Origin: an uncultured bacterium
Lineage (GTDB): Bacteria; Krumholzibacteriota; Krumholzibacteriia; LZORAL124-64-63
Length of the DNA: 64,000 nucleotides
Assembly (NCBI GenBank): GCA_963732385.1
Contig: CAVSZB010000005.1
Location: 288,001-352,000 of the forward strand
Direction of reading: 5' to 3'
Position numbers and translations under genes: made by a program. Position 1 is the first letter of the stretch, and each line of letters opens with the position of its first letter. This document shows, piece by piece, positions 9,851 to 19,883 of the stretch. Below the pieces are notes generated by a model that saw only the letters and a program-made list of their open reading frames with translations, was not told the origin of the DNA and did no database searches.

Positions 9851-10841
9851 GCGGCTGCTCCAGACGCTCGCACGCGGCGGCGATGATGCCGCCGATCAGG
9901 TCGCGAAAGGCCATATCGGCGAAGCGCGCGATGATCGGCAGATCGGAGTGGTTGGCATTGAGGCCCGGCAGCGGATTGATCTCCATGAAGCTGGGCACGC
10001 CGCCGGCATCGAGACGGATGTCGACGCGGGCGCCGTCGCGGCACTCGAGCGCGAGGTACGACGCCACCGCCAGCGCCTCCACGCGTTCGCGCAGCGGTCC
10101 GGGCGCCAGTTCGTCGTAATCGACGACGTTCTCGTACTCGTGCTTGTTCTGGAACGAGTAGATGGCCCGCTCCACCGGACGACGGATCCGCACCTCCATG
10201 GTGCCGATCGCGCGGGCCCGCGGCCCGTTGCCGAGCAGGCCCACCGTGAATTCGCGTCCCGGAAGGTACTCCTCCACCAGCACCGGCTGGCGCAGCCGCG
10301 CCAGCAGGTCGCGGCAGACACGCGCCAGGTCGTCCGGGCCGGCCGCGTACGACGCTTCAGCGATCCCCTTGCCGGTCCCCTCGGCGATCGGCTTGGCGAA
10401 CAGCGGATAGCGCAGCCGCGCCAGGGCGACGGCGCGCAGGTCGTCCTCGTCGCGCACGACGTGGAAGGCGGGCGTGGCCAGGCCGGCGTCGCGCACGAGG
10501 CGCTTCGTCACCGCCTTGTCGAGCGTGACGGCGCAGACCAGCGGATCGGAGAAGGTGTAACCGATGCCGTACAGCTCCAGCAGGGCCGGCACCTGAGCCT
10601 CGCGGCTGCGCCCGTCGAGACCCTCGGCGATGTTGAAAACGAGGTCCCACCGCTCGCCCGCGACGAGGCGCGCGCACAGCGCGCGGGCGTGTCCGATGCG
10701 GTCGGTGTCGTGCCCGAGCTCGCGGATCGCCCCCTCGAGCAGATCGATGGTTTCCTCGCTGTCGAACTCGGCCACCTCTTCGGCGGTGTGGCCGAGCGCG
10801 AGCCAGTCGGAGCAGAGGTCGTACGTCAATCCGATGCGCAT
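9840..10841 (-). CDS. Ddl-like ATP-grasp ligase (non-canonical)
   Basis: ATG 10841 preceded by AGGAGGA; MRIGLTYDL, FNIAEG...REAQVPALLE, LDKAVTK, KPIAEGTGKGI, EEYLPGREFTV, RVDIR...EINPLPG. Confidence 0.88.
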   Translation of the reverse strand: MRIGLTYDLCSDWLALGHTAEEVAEFDSEETIDLLEGAIRELGHDTDRIGHARALCARLVAGERWDLVFNIAEGLDGRSREAQVPALLELYGIGYTFSDPLVCAVTLDKAVTKRLVRDAGLATPAFHVVRDEDDLRAVALARLRYPLFAKPIAEGTGKGIAEASYAAGPDDLARVCRDLLARLRQPVLVEEYLPGREFTVGLLGNGPRARAIGTMEVRIRRPVERAIYSFQNKHEYENVVDYDELAPGPLRERVEALAVASYLALECRDGARVDIRLDAGGVPSFMEINPLPGLNANHSDLPIIARFADMAFRDLIGGIIAAACERLEQPHGA

Positions 10842-12163
10842 GGTCCTCCTCCGCGTGCGCGCCGGCTCAGGCGCACCGTGCCGGCCGGCATGATCGCCGT
10901 GGCGCGTCCGCGCGCCAGATCCCACACGCCGGTGCCCTCCGGCGTCTGCTCCGGGCCGACCGCCTCCAGGTGCGCGCCCGGCTCCGGGTAGCCCACCATC
11001 AGCCCCTCGAAGTTGCGCAGCACGGTGTGCGTCGGGCTGACCGACACGACATAGTTGGGCAGCAGCGGGATCTTTCCGCCGCCGTGCGGCACATCGACGC
11101 AGAACGTGGGGATGGCCAGGCCACTCACCCTGCCACGCAGATATTCCATGATCTCGATGCCACGGGATAGCGGCGTGCGGAAGTGCTCGACCCCGCGCAC
11201 CAGGTCGCACTGGAACAGGTAGTACGGCCGCACGCGCAGCCGCAAGAGACCTCGGCAGAGCTGCTCGATCACGCGGGGGTGGTCGTTCACCCCACGCATC
11301 AGAACCGTCTGATTGCCGAGCGGGATACCGGCGTCGGCCAGTCGGGCGCACGCCGCGGCCGATTCCGGCGTCAGTTCGCGCGGGTGGTTGAAGTGCGTGT
11401 TGACCCAGAGCGGGTGGTAGCGGCGCAGCATGCGCACGAGTTCCTCAGTGATACGCATCGGCAGCGTCACCGGCGCTCGCGTGCCGATCCGGATGATCTC
11501 CACGCTCGGCACCTGGCGCACCGCCTGCACGACCCGTTCGAGCGCGGCCGTGGGCAGGGTGAGCGGGTCGCCGCCGGAGATGATCACATCGACGATCTCC
11601 GGGTGCCGGACCAGGTACGCCACCGCCTGCCGCAGATGTTCCTCGGCGATGACGCCTTCGCGAGCGCCCGTCTTGCGCTTGCGCGTGCAGTGCCGGCAGT
11701 ACATGGCGCACGCCGAGGTCGCCACCAGCAGCGCGCGGTCGGCGTACCGGTGCACCAGACCCGGCACCGGCATGTCGGCGTCTTCATCGAGCGGATCGTC
11801 GCGCAAAAATGGCGGGTCCCACAACTCCCGGGCATGCGGCAGGCTCATCTGGAGAATGGGGTCGGCCGGATCGCCGGGCCGGATGAGCGACGCGTAGTAG
11901 GGCGTGATGGCGAACGGGAACCGGGCCGCCGCTTCGGTCAGGCCGGGCGGCGCCTGCACGCCGGGGAGGAACTCGCACAACTGCTCCGGCGTGCGCAGGC
12001 GGTTGCGCATCTGCCAGCGCCAGTCGTCCCACCGGGGGACATCCTGCAGATCGGGGCGCCAGGCGGCCGGCGCCACATGCGTGAGGTCGGGCAGAACGAA
12101 CGTCGCCTCGGGTGCGGCGCCGCGCGCGCGCGCCTCGCACACCGCCATGCTGCGAGGTTTCAT
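10826..12163 (-). CDS. kamA: KamA family radical SAM/PLP enzyme (lysine 2,3-aminomutase-like)
   Basis: WDDWRWQMRN, GLVHRY.DR, CAMYCRHC, SGGDPL, THFNHPRE, NQTVL..GVND, PYYLFQCD, DVPHGGGKIP (PLP lysine). Start uncertain (12220/12163/12148). Confidence 0.92.
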   Translation of the reverse strand: MKPRSMAVCEARARGAAPEATFVLPDLTHVAPAAWRPDLQDVPRWDDWRWQMRNRLRTPEQLCEFLPGVQAPPGLTEAAARFPFAITPYYASLIRPGDPADPILQMSLPHARELWDPPFLRDDPLDEDADMPVPGLVHRYADRALLVATSACAMYCRHCTRKRKTGAREGVIAEEHLRQAVAYLVRHPEIVDVIISGGDPLTLPTAALERVVQAVRQVPSVEIIRIGTRAPVTLPMRITEELVRMLRRYHPLWVNTHFNHPRELTPESAAACARLADAGIPLGNQTVLMRGVNDHPRVIEQLCRGLLRLRVRPYYLFQCDLVRGVEHFRTPLSRGIEIMEYLRGRVSGLAIPTFCVDVPHGGGKIPLLPNYVVSVSPTHTVLRNFEGLMVGYPEPGAHLEAVGPEQTPEGTGVWDLARGRATAIMPAGTVRLSRRARGGGPCASD

Positions 12164-12356
12164 GCTTTCCCGGCAACCCCCCGCCGTCCACCCGGCGGCC
12201 GCGGCCGCCGCGCGTGTCAAAAGTGATTTCGCCGCGCGCCGCCGACGCCGCCGGTGGGATCGCCCAAGTTTGTCATAGATCCGGAAACCGATCGGATTCG
12301 AATCTGCGACAACCTTTGACGGCCAACCGTCCGCCTCGACCCGCGTCGCGCATCGC

Positions 12357-12366
12357 GATTATAATC
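12357..12366. promoter_or_regulatory. Possible bidirectional -10 box between the divergent kamA operon and phosphoesterase gene
   Basis: Palindrome GATTATAATC gives TATAAT on both strands in an AT-richer divergent intergenic region. Confidence 0.4.
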
Positions 12367-12483
12367 TTGGGGTTCCATGAATCAAGCGCAACATGCCCTT
12401 TCCAGTGGGGATTTTGAACTTTTCTTGCTCCTGAGACAATTTTGGCTGAAATTTGACTTTCGGACAGGAGAGGAGTCACGACG

Positions 12484-13365
12484 GTGCCTGCCTGTTTTTT
12501 CGTTTCCGACCTCCACGGGAGGCGCTCCCGTTACGAATCGCTCTTCGCCGCGATCGCGGCGGAGCGGCCGACGGCCGTGTTCCTCGGCGGTGATCTGCTG
12601 CCGCACGCGTTGGTGGCACCGCACGCGCCCGGCGGAGCTCCTCCGGATTTCAGCGACGACTATCTGGCTGTGCGATTCCTGCGCCTGCGCGACAGGCTCG
12701 GCGCGGACGCCCCGCGCGTTTTCGTAATCCTGGGCAACGACGACGCGCGCGCCGAGGAAACCACCATGCTCGCCGCGGCCGCACGCGGCGCCTGGGAGTA
12801 CGTGCATGAGCGCGCGGTGGAATTCGGCCAATGGCGCGTGTGCGGCTACGCCTGTGTCCCCCCCACCCCGTTCCGCCTCAAGGATTGGGAACGCTACGAC
12901 GTGTCGCGCTTCACCGATCCCGGCTGCCTGCCACCCGAGGACGGGATACGCACGGTACCGGTGCCGGAACACGAGATCATCCACGGCACGATCGCGGACG
13001 ACCTGGCGCGTTGCACGGGCGACGTCGACATGGAGCGCGCGATCATCCTTTTCCACACCCCGCCGTACGATACGCGGCTCGACCGTGCCGCGCTCGACGG
13101 CAAAATGATCGACCACGTCCCGCTCGATCCGCACATCGGCAGCATCGCCGTGCGACGCTTCGTCGAGGCGCGCCAGCCGCTGCTGACCCTGCACGGCCAC
13201 GTGCACGAGTCGACGCGCCTCACCGGGGAGTGGCGCCAGCAACTCGACCGTACCTGGATGTTCCAGGGGGCGCACGACGGACCGGAACTGGCGCTCGTGC
13301 GTTTCGATCCGGAACGTATCGGGGACGCGACGCGGGAATTGCTGAGGCCGCCGGCGGATGGCTGA
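12484..13365 (+). CDS. Metallophosphoesterase (calcineurin-like, Icc-related)
   Basis: SDLHG, GGDLL, GNDD, HTPPY, HGHVHE motifs. Confidence 0.85.
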   Translation: MPACFFVSDLHGRRSRYESLFAAIAAERPTAVFLGGDLLPHALVAPHAPGGAPPDFSDDYLAVRFLRLRDRLGADAPRVFVILGNDDARAEETTMLAAAARGAWEYVHERAVEFGQWRVCGYACVPPTPFRLKDWERYDVSRFTDPGCLPPEDGIRTVPVPEHEIIHGTIADDLARCTGDVDMERAIILFHTPPYDTRLDRAALDGKMIDHVPLDPHIGSIAVRRFVEARQPLLTLHGHVHESTRLTGEWRQQLDRTWMFQGAHDGPELALVRFDPERIGDATRELLRPPADG

Positions 13366-13380
13366 GCGGACGGCCATCCG

Positions 13381-16300
13381 TCAGTGGGCCTGCCCCCCGA
13401 TCGGCAGCAACCGTGCCGGATCCGTGGCGGCGCCGATCTTCACCGCGTAGCTCGTCTTCGTCGCGATGTCGTCGTCGGTGACGATGTGGACATCGAGCAG
13501 GCCGTCCGTGCGGTAGCCGGTGCGCTGGAAGTTCATCTCGGCCAGGCAGAGACTCCACCCCTCCATCCAGATCAGCAGATCGCGGCGCTGCTCCTCGGTG
13601 CCCCGGAAATGGACCAGCACGTCGATGTCGCTGCCGGGGCCCGCGGAACCGCTTTTCGTGCTGCCGAAGACGTAGAAGGCCTGCACGCCGAAACGCGCGG
13701 GGTCGAGCGAGGCCGCCACCCGCTCGGCCATGCTCATGCGCCAGCGCCAGAACAGGTCGCCCTGCGGCGCCGGCGCAGCGGCCTTCGGCTCCCCGATCTC
13801 GGGTCCGGCGGGCGGGCGGCCGAGCAGGCCGACCGCCTCGTCGAGATCGGCGTTCATGAAGACGCTCAGCACCAGGCCGTCGGTGGCCGCCGGCACGTCG
13901 ATCACGCGCAGGCACGCCTCGAGGTGGGCAAATTCCGGGAGCAACTGGCCGAGCATGTTGGGAGAGGCGAGCAGGAACCGTTCGTTGAAGACGATGCCCT
14001 TGTCGTCCGGATAGAGCGGCAGGTAGCGGATCTGCGCCTCGACAAGATCCTGGAAGAAGTGCGTTCCGAACGAGAGGTCCGGGACATAGTGCCCCTGCTG
14101 GCGTGCGATCTCGATCAGCATGGCCGTGTTGTTGATGTCGGAGTAGGTGATGCTGACGCCCAGCTTGATGTCGCCGCGACTGCCCCACCGACCCGGACCC
14201 ATGAGGATGAAGCGCCGCTTCGGCAGGATCTTGTTAAGGAGGCCCACGGCGCGACCCACGGCCAGCATCTCGTGCCGATCCGGCAGCTCGCCGTACTTGA
14301 CCGGATCCACATAGACCACGTGCGTGATCGGCGGCATGAGGCCGTTCGAAATGTAGCGGTTGGCCGTGAAGACGAGGCGCTCCTCGGCGATGTCCTTGGG
14401 GATCGGGGCGGCCACGGCGCCGAGCGCGCTGCTCTGCTGCCGGCACTGCAGCAGGTAGAAGTTCTTCCCGTCCGACGCGAACTCGATGTCCACGGGGTGG
14501 CCCAGCTTGCTCTCGAGGGTCTGCAGGATGAACTGTAACTGCCTGATGAACGGCGTGTTGCCGGTCAGCCCCTCGAACGTCACCACGAGATCGTCCCGCT
14601 CGGGGTCGAGCTGGCCCTTCAGCGGACGGCGCAGGCGACCGCCATCGAAGATCGACACGATCTGGGCGAGCGCCGGCAGGTCGTCGGCGTGCTTCCTGAG
14701 GAACTCCCGCACCGGCACCGTCTCGAAGGTGTTGGTGACCAGGTTGATGACGTCGATCTTCTGCGGCGCGTAGCGCACGACTTCGTCGATGGAAACGTTG
14801 ACCCGCAGGTTCGGCTGGCCCGGGGCGATCAGCACCGGGTAATCGTCGCTGGTGCGGTCCACGGCGCGCGTGCCGAGCCCAGCCACCAGGCGGATCAGGC
14901 CGTCCTCGCGGCGGATGCGCGCCGACCAGCGGAACTCGTTGCGGCTGAATGCCACGCCGGCGAAGGAGGGGAGGTAGTAGTCGCCGACCCGCGTGCCGAC
15001 CACCTCCTGGATCATGATCCCCATCTCCTCGTGGAAGTCGAGGAGGCCGCGCTCGGCGCGGTACTCGATGGGATCGGGTCCGAACACCGAGGCATAGACT
15101 TCGGCAATGGCGTCCATCAACGCCGTGAGCCGCTCCTGCTTCGAGCCCTGGTTGGCCAAAAAGAGGCTCTTGTATTTGCCGGAGAAGGCCGAGCCGATGC
15201 GGTCCTCGAGCAGCGAGGAACTGCGCACGATCAGCGGGCGGTCGTCGAAGTCGTCGAGAGCCACCGAAAGGCCCTTCACGATCTCGGGCGGGAACTGGCT
15301 GTTCTTGAACGTCTGTACGATGTGCGGATATTCGAGGCGGACCTGGTTGATCTCCTTGTACTTCTGCTCAACCACCTCGTTGAGGTTGTTGTAGTGCATG
15401 AAGCTGAGCGTCACGTCCGAGGCTACGTACCAGGTCTTCGGGATGCGCAGGTTGTCGAGCAGCCCTTCGTCTCCGGAATTCTTACGGAGGACCTGCGCGG
15501 CCAGGAAGAGGCCGGCGCTCTTGCCCCCCAGCTTGCCGAGGCTGTCGGAGGTATAGATGATGTTCTGCAGCAGCTCGTCGTAGTCCGCCACGTCGATGTA
15601 GTTCTTGGCGATGTTGATGAAGAGCAGCTGCTCGGTGAAGAACCGCCGGATCAGCGACACGCGCACGTTCTTGCTCGTGGCGATGGGCAGCTCGGCGTCC
15701 TGGGGCGCGATGGCGCGGTAGCGACGGATGGCGTCCACGACGTCCGGCAGCGGAGTGTGCAGGCTGACCAGGGGGGTGACCAGGAAGTTGAGCTTGTCCT
15801 CCTGGATCCACATGCGCACCCTCGCGAGGATCTCCTCATCGCCCAGATGCGCGGCCGCGATGCGGAAGATCTCCTTGCTCATCGCCTCGGTCACGCCGGC
15901 GGCGCGACGTTCATAGGGACGGTTCGTGTCGCCGTAGCGCTCGTCCTGCTCGGACATCTGGTTCGGCGAAGTGGACTCGAGCAGCCGCTCCGCCTCCGCG
16001 ACACCGGCCCAGCAAAGATGATTGAGCATCTTGTGCGAGAGACTGAGGAAGAAGCTCTTGTCGGTCTGGCGCAGCATGTCGAGAACGACCTGCCACTCGC
16101 CGCGGTGCGTGCGCGTGAACTCCGCCGAGGCCGCCTGGTACTCTTCGACCAGCACCTTCATCCGCTGGTGCATGATGAAATGGCCCAGCCGGTCGGCGAT
16201 GGAGCTGATTAGCCGGTGTTCCTCCTTGAGGAACGGGCCCTCGCCGGCCGGCGGCTTCTCCTCGCTGTAGGCCACGGTCACGCGCCCGACGTATTCGTCA

Positions 16301-16569
16301 ATCACGATGATGTCCGCGCTCATCGTCCAGGGGGACTCGACCCAGTCGTCGCTCTTGAAGATGAGATTCTCGTACGTGATGCGCGCCCGGCAGACGTCAG
16401 GGTACTGCCAGCCCTCGGGGATGGTCCTCACGATCCGCTCGAGCATCTCGCGCGTGGAGAGTTGCGGCTGGCCGAGAATCTCCTCGATCCGGTAAAGGCA
16501 GTTCAACTCCTTGGCCCGCTCGTGCAGGGAGTAGAGCAGCTTGCCCAGGTTCTCGTTCGGCTCCGTCAT
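13381..16569 (-). CDS. GAF-like / PEP-synthase(PPDK)-type ATP-grasp / nucleotidyltransferase multidomain protein
   Basis: ATG 16569 overlaps the upstream stop. N-terminal ERAKELNCLY...GWQYP...GPFLKEE; LGGKSAG, VRSSSLLED...FSGKYKS, QEVVG, GLG, DIEF...LLQCR; GPGRWGS...SFGTHFF; C-terminal FGSTKSGSAGPGSDIDVLV. Confidence 0.85.
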   Translation of the reverse strand: MTEPNENLGKLLYSLHERAKELNCLYRIEEILGQPQLSTREMLERIVRTIPEGWQYPDVCRARITYENLIFKSDDWVESPWTMSADIIVIDEYVGRVTVAYSEEKPPAGEGPFLKEEHRLISSIADRLGHFIMHQRMKVLVEEYQAASAEFTRTHRGEWQVVLDMLRQTDKSFFLSLSHKMLNHLCWAGVAEAERLLESTSPNQMSEQDERYGDTNRPYERRAAGVTEAMSKEIFRIAAAHLGDEEILARVRMWIQEDKLNFLVTPLVSLHTPLPDVVDAIRRYRAIAPQDAELPIATSKNVRVSLIRRFFTEQLLFINIAKNYIDVADYDELLQNIIYTSDSLGKLGGKSAGLFLAAQVLRKNSGDEGLLDNLRIPKTWYVASDVTLSFMHYNNLNEVVEQKYKEINQVRLEYPHIVQTFKNSQFPPEIVKGLSVALDDFDDRPLIVRSSSLLEDRIGSAFSGKYKSLFLANQGSKQERLTALMDAIAEVYASVFGPDPIEYRAERGLLDFHEEMGIMIQEVVGTRVGDYYLPSFAGVAFSRNEFRWSARIRREDGLIRLVAGLGTRAVDRTSDDYPVLIAPGQPNLRVNVSIDEVVRYAPQKIDVINLVTNTFETVPVREFLRKHADDLPALAQIVSIFDGGRLRRPLKGQLDPERDDLVVTFEGLTGNTPFIRQLQFILQTLESKLGHPVDIEFASDGKNFYLLQCRQQSSALGAVAAPIPKDIAEERLVFTANRYISNGLMPPITHVVYVDPVKYGELPDRHEMLAVGRAVGLLNKILPKRRFILMGPGRWGSRGDIKLGVSITYSDINNTAMLIEIARQQGHYVPDLSFGTHFFQDLVEAQIRYLPLYPDDKGIVFNERFLLASPNMLGQLLPEFAHLEACLRVIDVPAATDGLVLSVFMNADLDEAVGLLGRPPAGPEIGEPKAAAPAPQGDLFWRWRMSMAERVAASLDPARFGVQAFYVFGSTKSGSAGPGSDIDVLVHFRGTEEQRRDLLIWMEGWSLCLAEMNFQRTGYRTDGLLDVHIVTDDDIATKTSYAVKIGAATDPARLLPIGGQAH

Positions 16570-18320
16570 TTCAGAATCACACCCCGTCCGCTGCGGCCGT
16601 CCACCCGGATGCACAGCGGGGAATCCAGTCGCACGTGCCGCGCGTGCAAGGATTCTCCCGTCGCGGGCTGCGTGTCCAGCCAGGTCCAATCGATGCGATG
16701 CATTCCCGCGTGGTGCACGGAAAAATAGAATACCTGGAAACTCGTGATGTTGTGGAAGAAATGCGAGCCCTGGCTGCGCTCGACGTTCATTTCCGGCAGG
16801 GTCGCCTCGACGATCGCCCGGGCCCCCGAGATCTGCGCCCACTCGACCGGGATACCGAGCCACGGATCGCTGCTGCCCCAGCGCCCGAACCCGATCAGCA
16901 GGTAGGGGCGTCCGGCCGCCGTAAGGGTGCGGTTGAAGACCTCGATCTCGCCCGCCACGGCGCGCGTGGCCTTCGCGTCGAAGGTCTCCAGCTTGACGTA
17001 GACGACATCGCGGATATCGCCGGTCTCGCCATTGCCGAGCACGGTTTCAGAGGCCGCCAGCACGCCGGCGCCCAGCATCGACTCCGGGGCGACCTCCACC
17101 TGCGCCTGCGAGACCACCATTGGACGCACCTGCAGGAAACCGAACCGCGCCGGCAATCCGCTGTCTGGCCCGAGGGTCAGGGCGAATTCGATTTCAACCG
17201 CCTCGCCGACCACCTCCCCGCAGACCCGCAGCAGCTGCCGCAGCAGCTCGTTCAGCGGGATATCGGGCAGGCCGAGGACCGGCGCGAAGGTGAGCACCCG
17301 CGCCCCGTCCGCCCCGGCGCCCATGATGAGGCGATCGTTGGCGGCATCGTACGTGGAGACGAGGTGGTTGAGCACACCGTCGTAGTCGGCCCGCACGAGG
17401 TCCGCCCGCGCCAGATATTCTGTCTCGCGCGTGGGGTCGTAGGCCGGCGGCCGGCCCATGTTCACGGCCCAGAATTCCGTCTGGCTCTGGCGCACGAGCT
17501 CGCGCGCGGAGGCGATCGGGGGCATGGCGTCGGGCCAGGCGGGCGAGTAGGTCCAGCAGCGGCCGCCGTCGACGATCTGCTTGCCGAGTCCGAGCGCGAG
17601 ATCCACGACCCCGTCCTCCGGACGGGCGTTTCCGGTCGGGTAGAAGTTCCAGGAGCGCGCCACGCCGGAGATGTGGGGGTAGAACAGGTCGCCGCGGCGC
17701 TCCCCCACGACCTCCTGCACGACCACGGCCATCTTCTCCTGTGCGTCCGGCTCCCGGGTGGCGCGGCGGTAGTCGCGCGCGCCGCGGAAGAAGGTCGAGG
17801 CGTACACGAACTTGATCGCCTCGGTCAGCTTGCGGAAACGCGTGTCGGTGTCGGGTTGGTTGTTGGGAATCATCTTCGTGGCATAGACACCGGCGAACGG
17901 CTCGTACATGGCGTCCTCGAGCAGGCTCGAGGAGCGCAGGGCGAGCGGCTGGTGCGTCCGCTCCACCAGCGAACGCAGATCGCCCAGGATCTCCGCAGGC
18001 AGGTCGGCGTGCAGGAAAACGTTGGCGATGACATCGTCCGCGTCGCCCGACCGCGCCCTGTCGCTCAGCCGGTTGCGCTCGATGAACAGGTCGAAAATCT
18101 CCGTCGTCAGCACCAGCAGGTCGGGGATGGCCACTTCGATGCCGGGGAAACCATGCGGATCGAGGCTGTCGCGCAGCGCTTCGCGGATCGCCGCCAGGCC
18201 CGACGCCTTGCCGCCGAGCGCGCCATCGCCGAGACGGGCGAACGTCTGGGCGCCGTCGCGGCGATCCCGGACGAAGAGCGGCACGTCGGGAACAGAAGAG
18301 CGGGGATTCGATCGACTCAT
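16566..18320 (-). CDS. PEP/pyruvate-binding (PPDK N-terminal ATP-grasp) domain protein lacking the PEP-utilising barrel
   Basis: LGGKASG, LRSSSLLED...FAGVY, QEVVG, GLGKQIV, EIEF...FLQVRP, GFGRWGS...SQGSHFF. ATG 18320 follows AGGAGGGAG. Confidence 0.87.
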   Translation of the reverse strand: MSRSNPRSSVPDVPLFVRDRRDGAQTFARLGDGALGGKASGLAAIREALRDSLDPHGFPGIEVAIPDLLVLTTEIFDLFIERNRLSDRARSGDADDVIANVFLHADLPAEILGDLRSLVERTHQPLALRSSSLLEDAMYEPFAGVYATKMIPNNQPDTDTRFRKLTEAIKFVYASTFFRGARDYRRATREPDAQEKMAVVVQEVVGERRGDLFYPHISGVARSWNFYPTGNARPEDGVVDLALGLGKQIVDGGRCWTYSPAWPDAMPPIASARELVRQSQTEFWAVNMGRPPAYDPTRETEYLARADLVRADYDGVLNHLVSTYDAANDRLIMGAGADGARVLTFAPVLGLPDIPLNELLRQLLRVCGEVVGEAVEIEFALTLGPDSGLPARFGFLQVRPMVVSQAQVEVAPESMLGAGVLAASETVLGNGETGDIRDVVYVKLETFDAKATRAVAGEIEVFNRTLTAAGRPYLLIGFGRWGSSDPWLGIPVEWAQISGARAIVEATLPEMNVERSQGSHFFHNITSFQVFYFSVHHAGMHRIDWTWLDTQPATGESLHARHVRLDSPLCIRVDGRSGRGVILK

Positions 18321-18383
18321 CGCGGGCTCCCTCCTCACGCAGCACAACCGGTGGAGGGCGGGCAGGGGCGCGACCGGGAACAG

Positions 18384-18418
18384 GCGGCGCGGGGACGGCA
18401 CGCCCGTCCCCGCGCCGC
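18384..18418 (-). terminator. 15-bp perfect stem-loop downstream of gdhA (terminator or mRNA-stabilising hairpin)
   Basis: GCGGCGCGGGGACGG-cacgc-CCGTCCCCGCGCCGC; the U tail is weak. Confidence 0.45.
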
Positions 18419-18469
18419 GAAGTGGGGACGCCGGGCCGCGCCGGAGCGCCGACGCCCGGCATCCAGCGC

Positions 18470-19756
<1,287 letters not shown>

Positions 19757-19883
19757 GTCGATCATCCTCTCTCGGTCCTGGTCTGCGAGCGTGGGACGCG
19801 CCCGGAAGGGGGCGGAAAGCCCGTCGCCGGTGTCCGCGAAACATCTCGCTATCCGGGAAAGAAGCCTCCCGCCCAGCGTCCCG

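Noticed and set aside
9840..10841. Calling the ATP-grasp genes ddl or a van resistance cluster
   Set aside because: They lack the Ddl N-terminal GGxSxE motif, and there are no mur/fts or vanH/vanX/vanRS neighbours.
10826..12163. EpmB (EF-P beta-lysylation) assignment
   Set aside because: It has the longer KamA-type N-terminus (WxDWxWQ) and GGGKIP, and no efp or epmA is adjacent.
13381..18320. Calling the two dikinase-like genes ppsA/ppdK
   Set aside because: No C-terminal PEP-utilising barrel and no canonical GGxTSHAAI motif.
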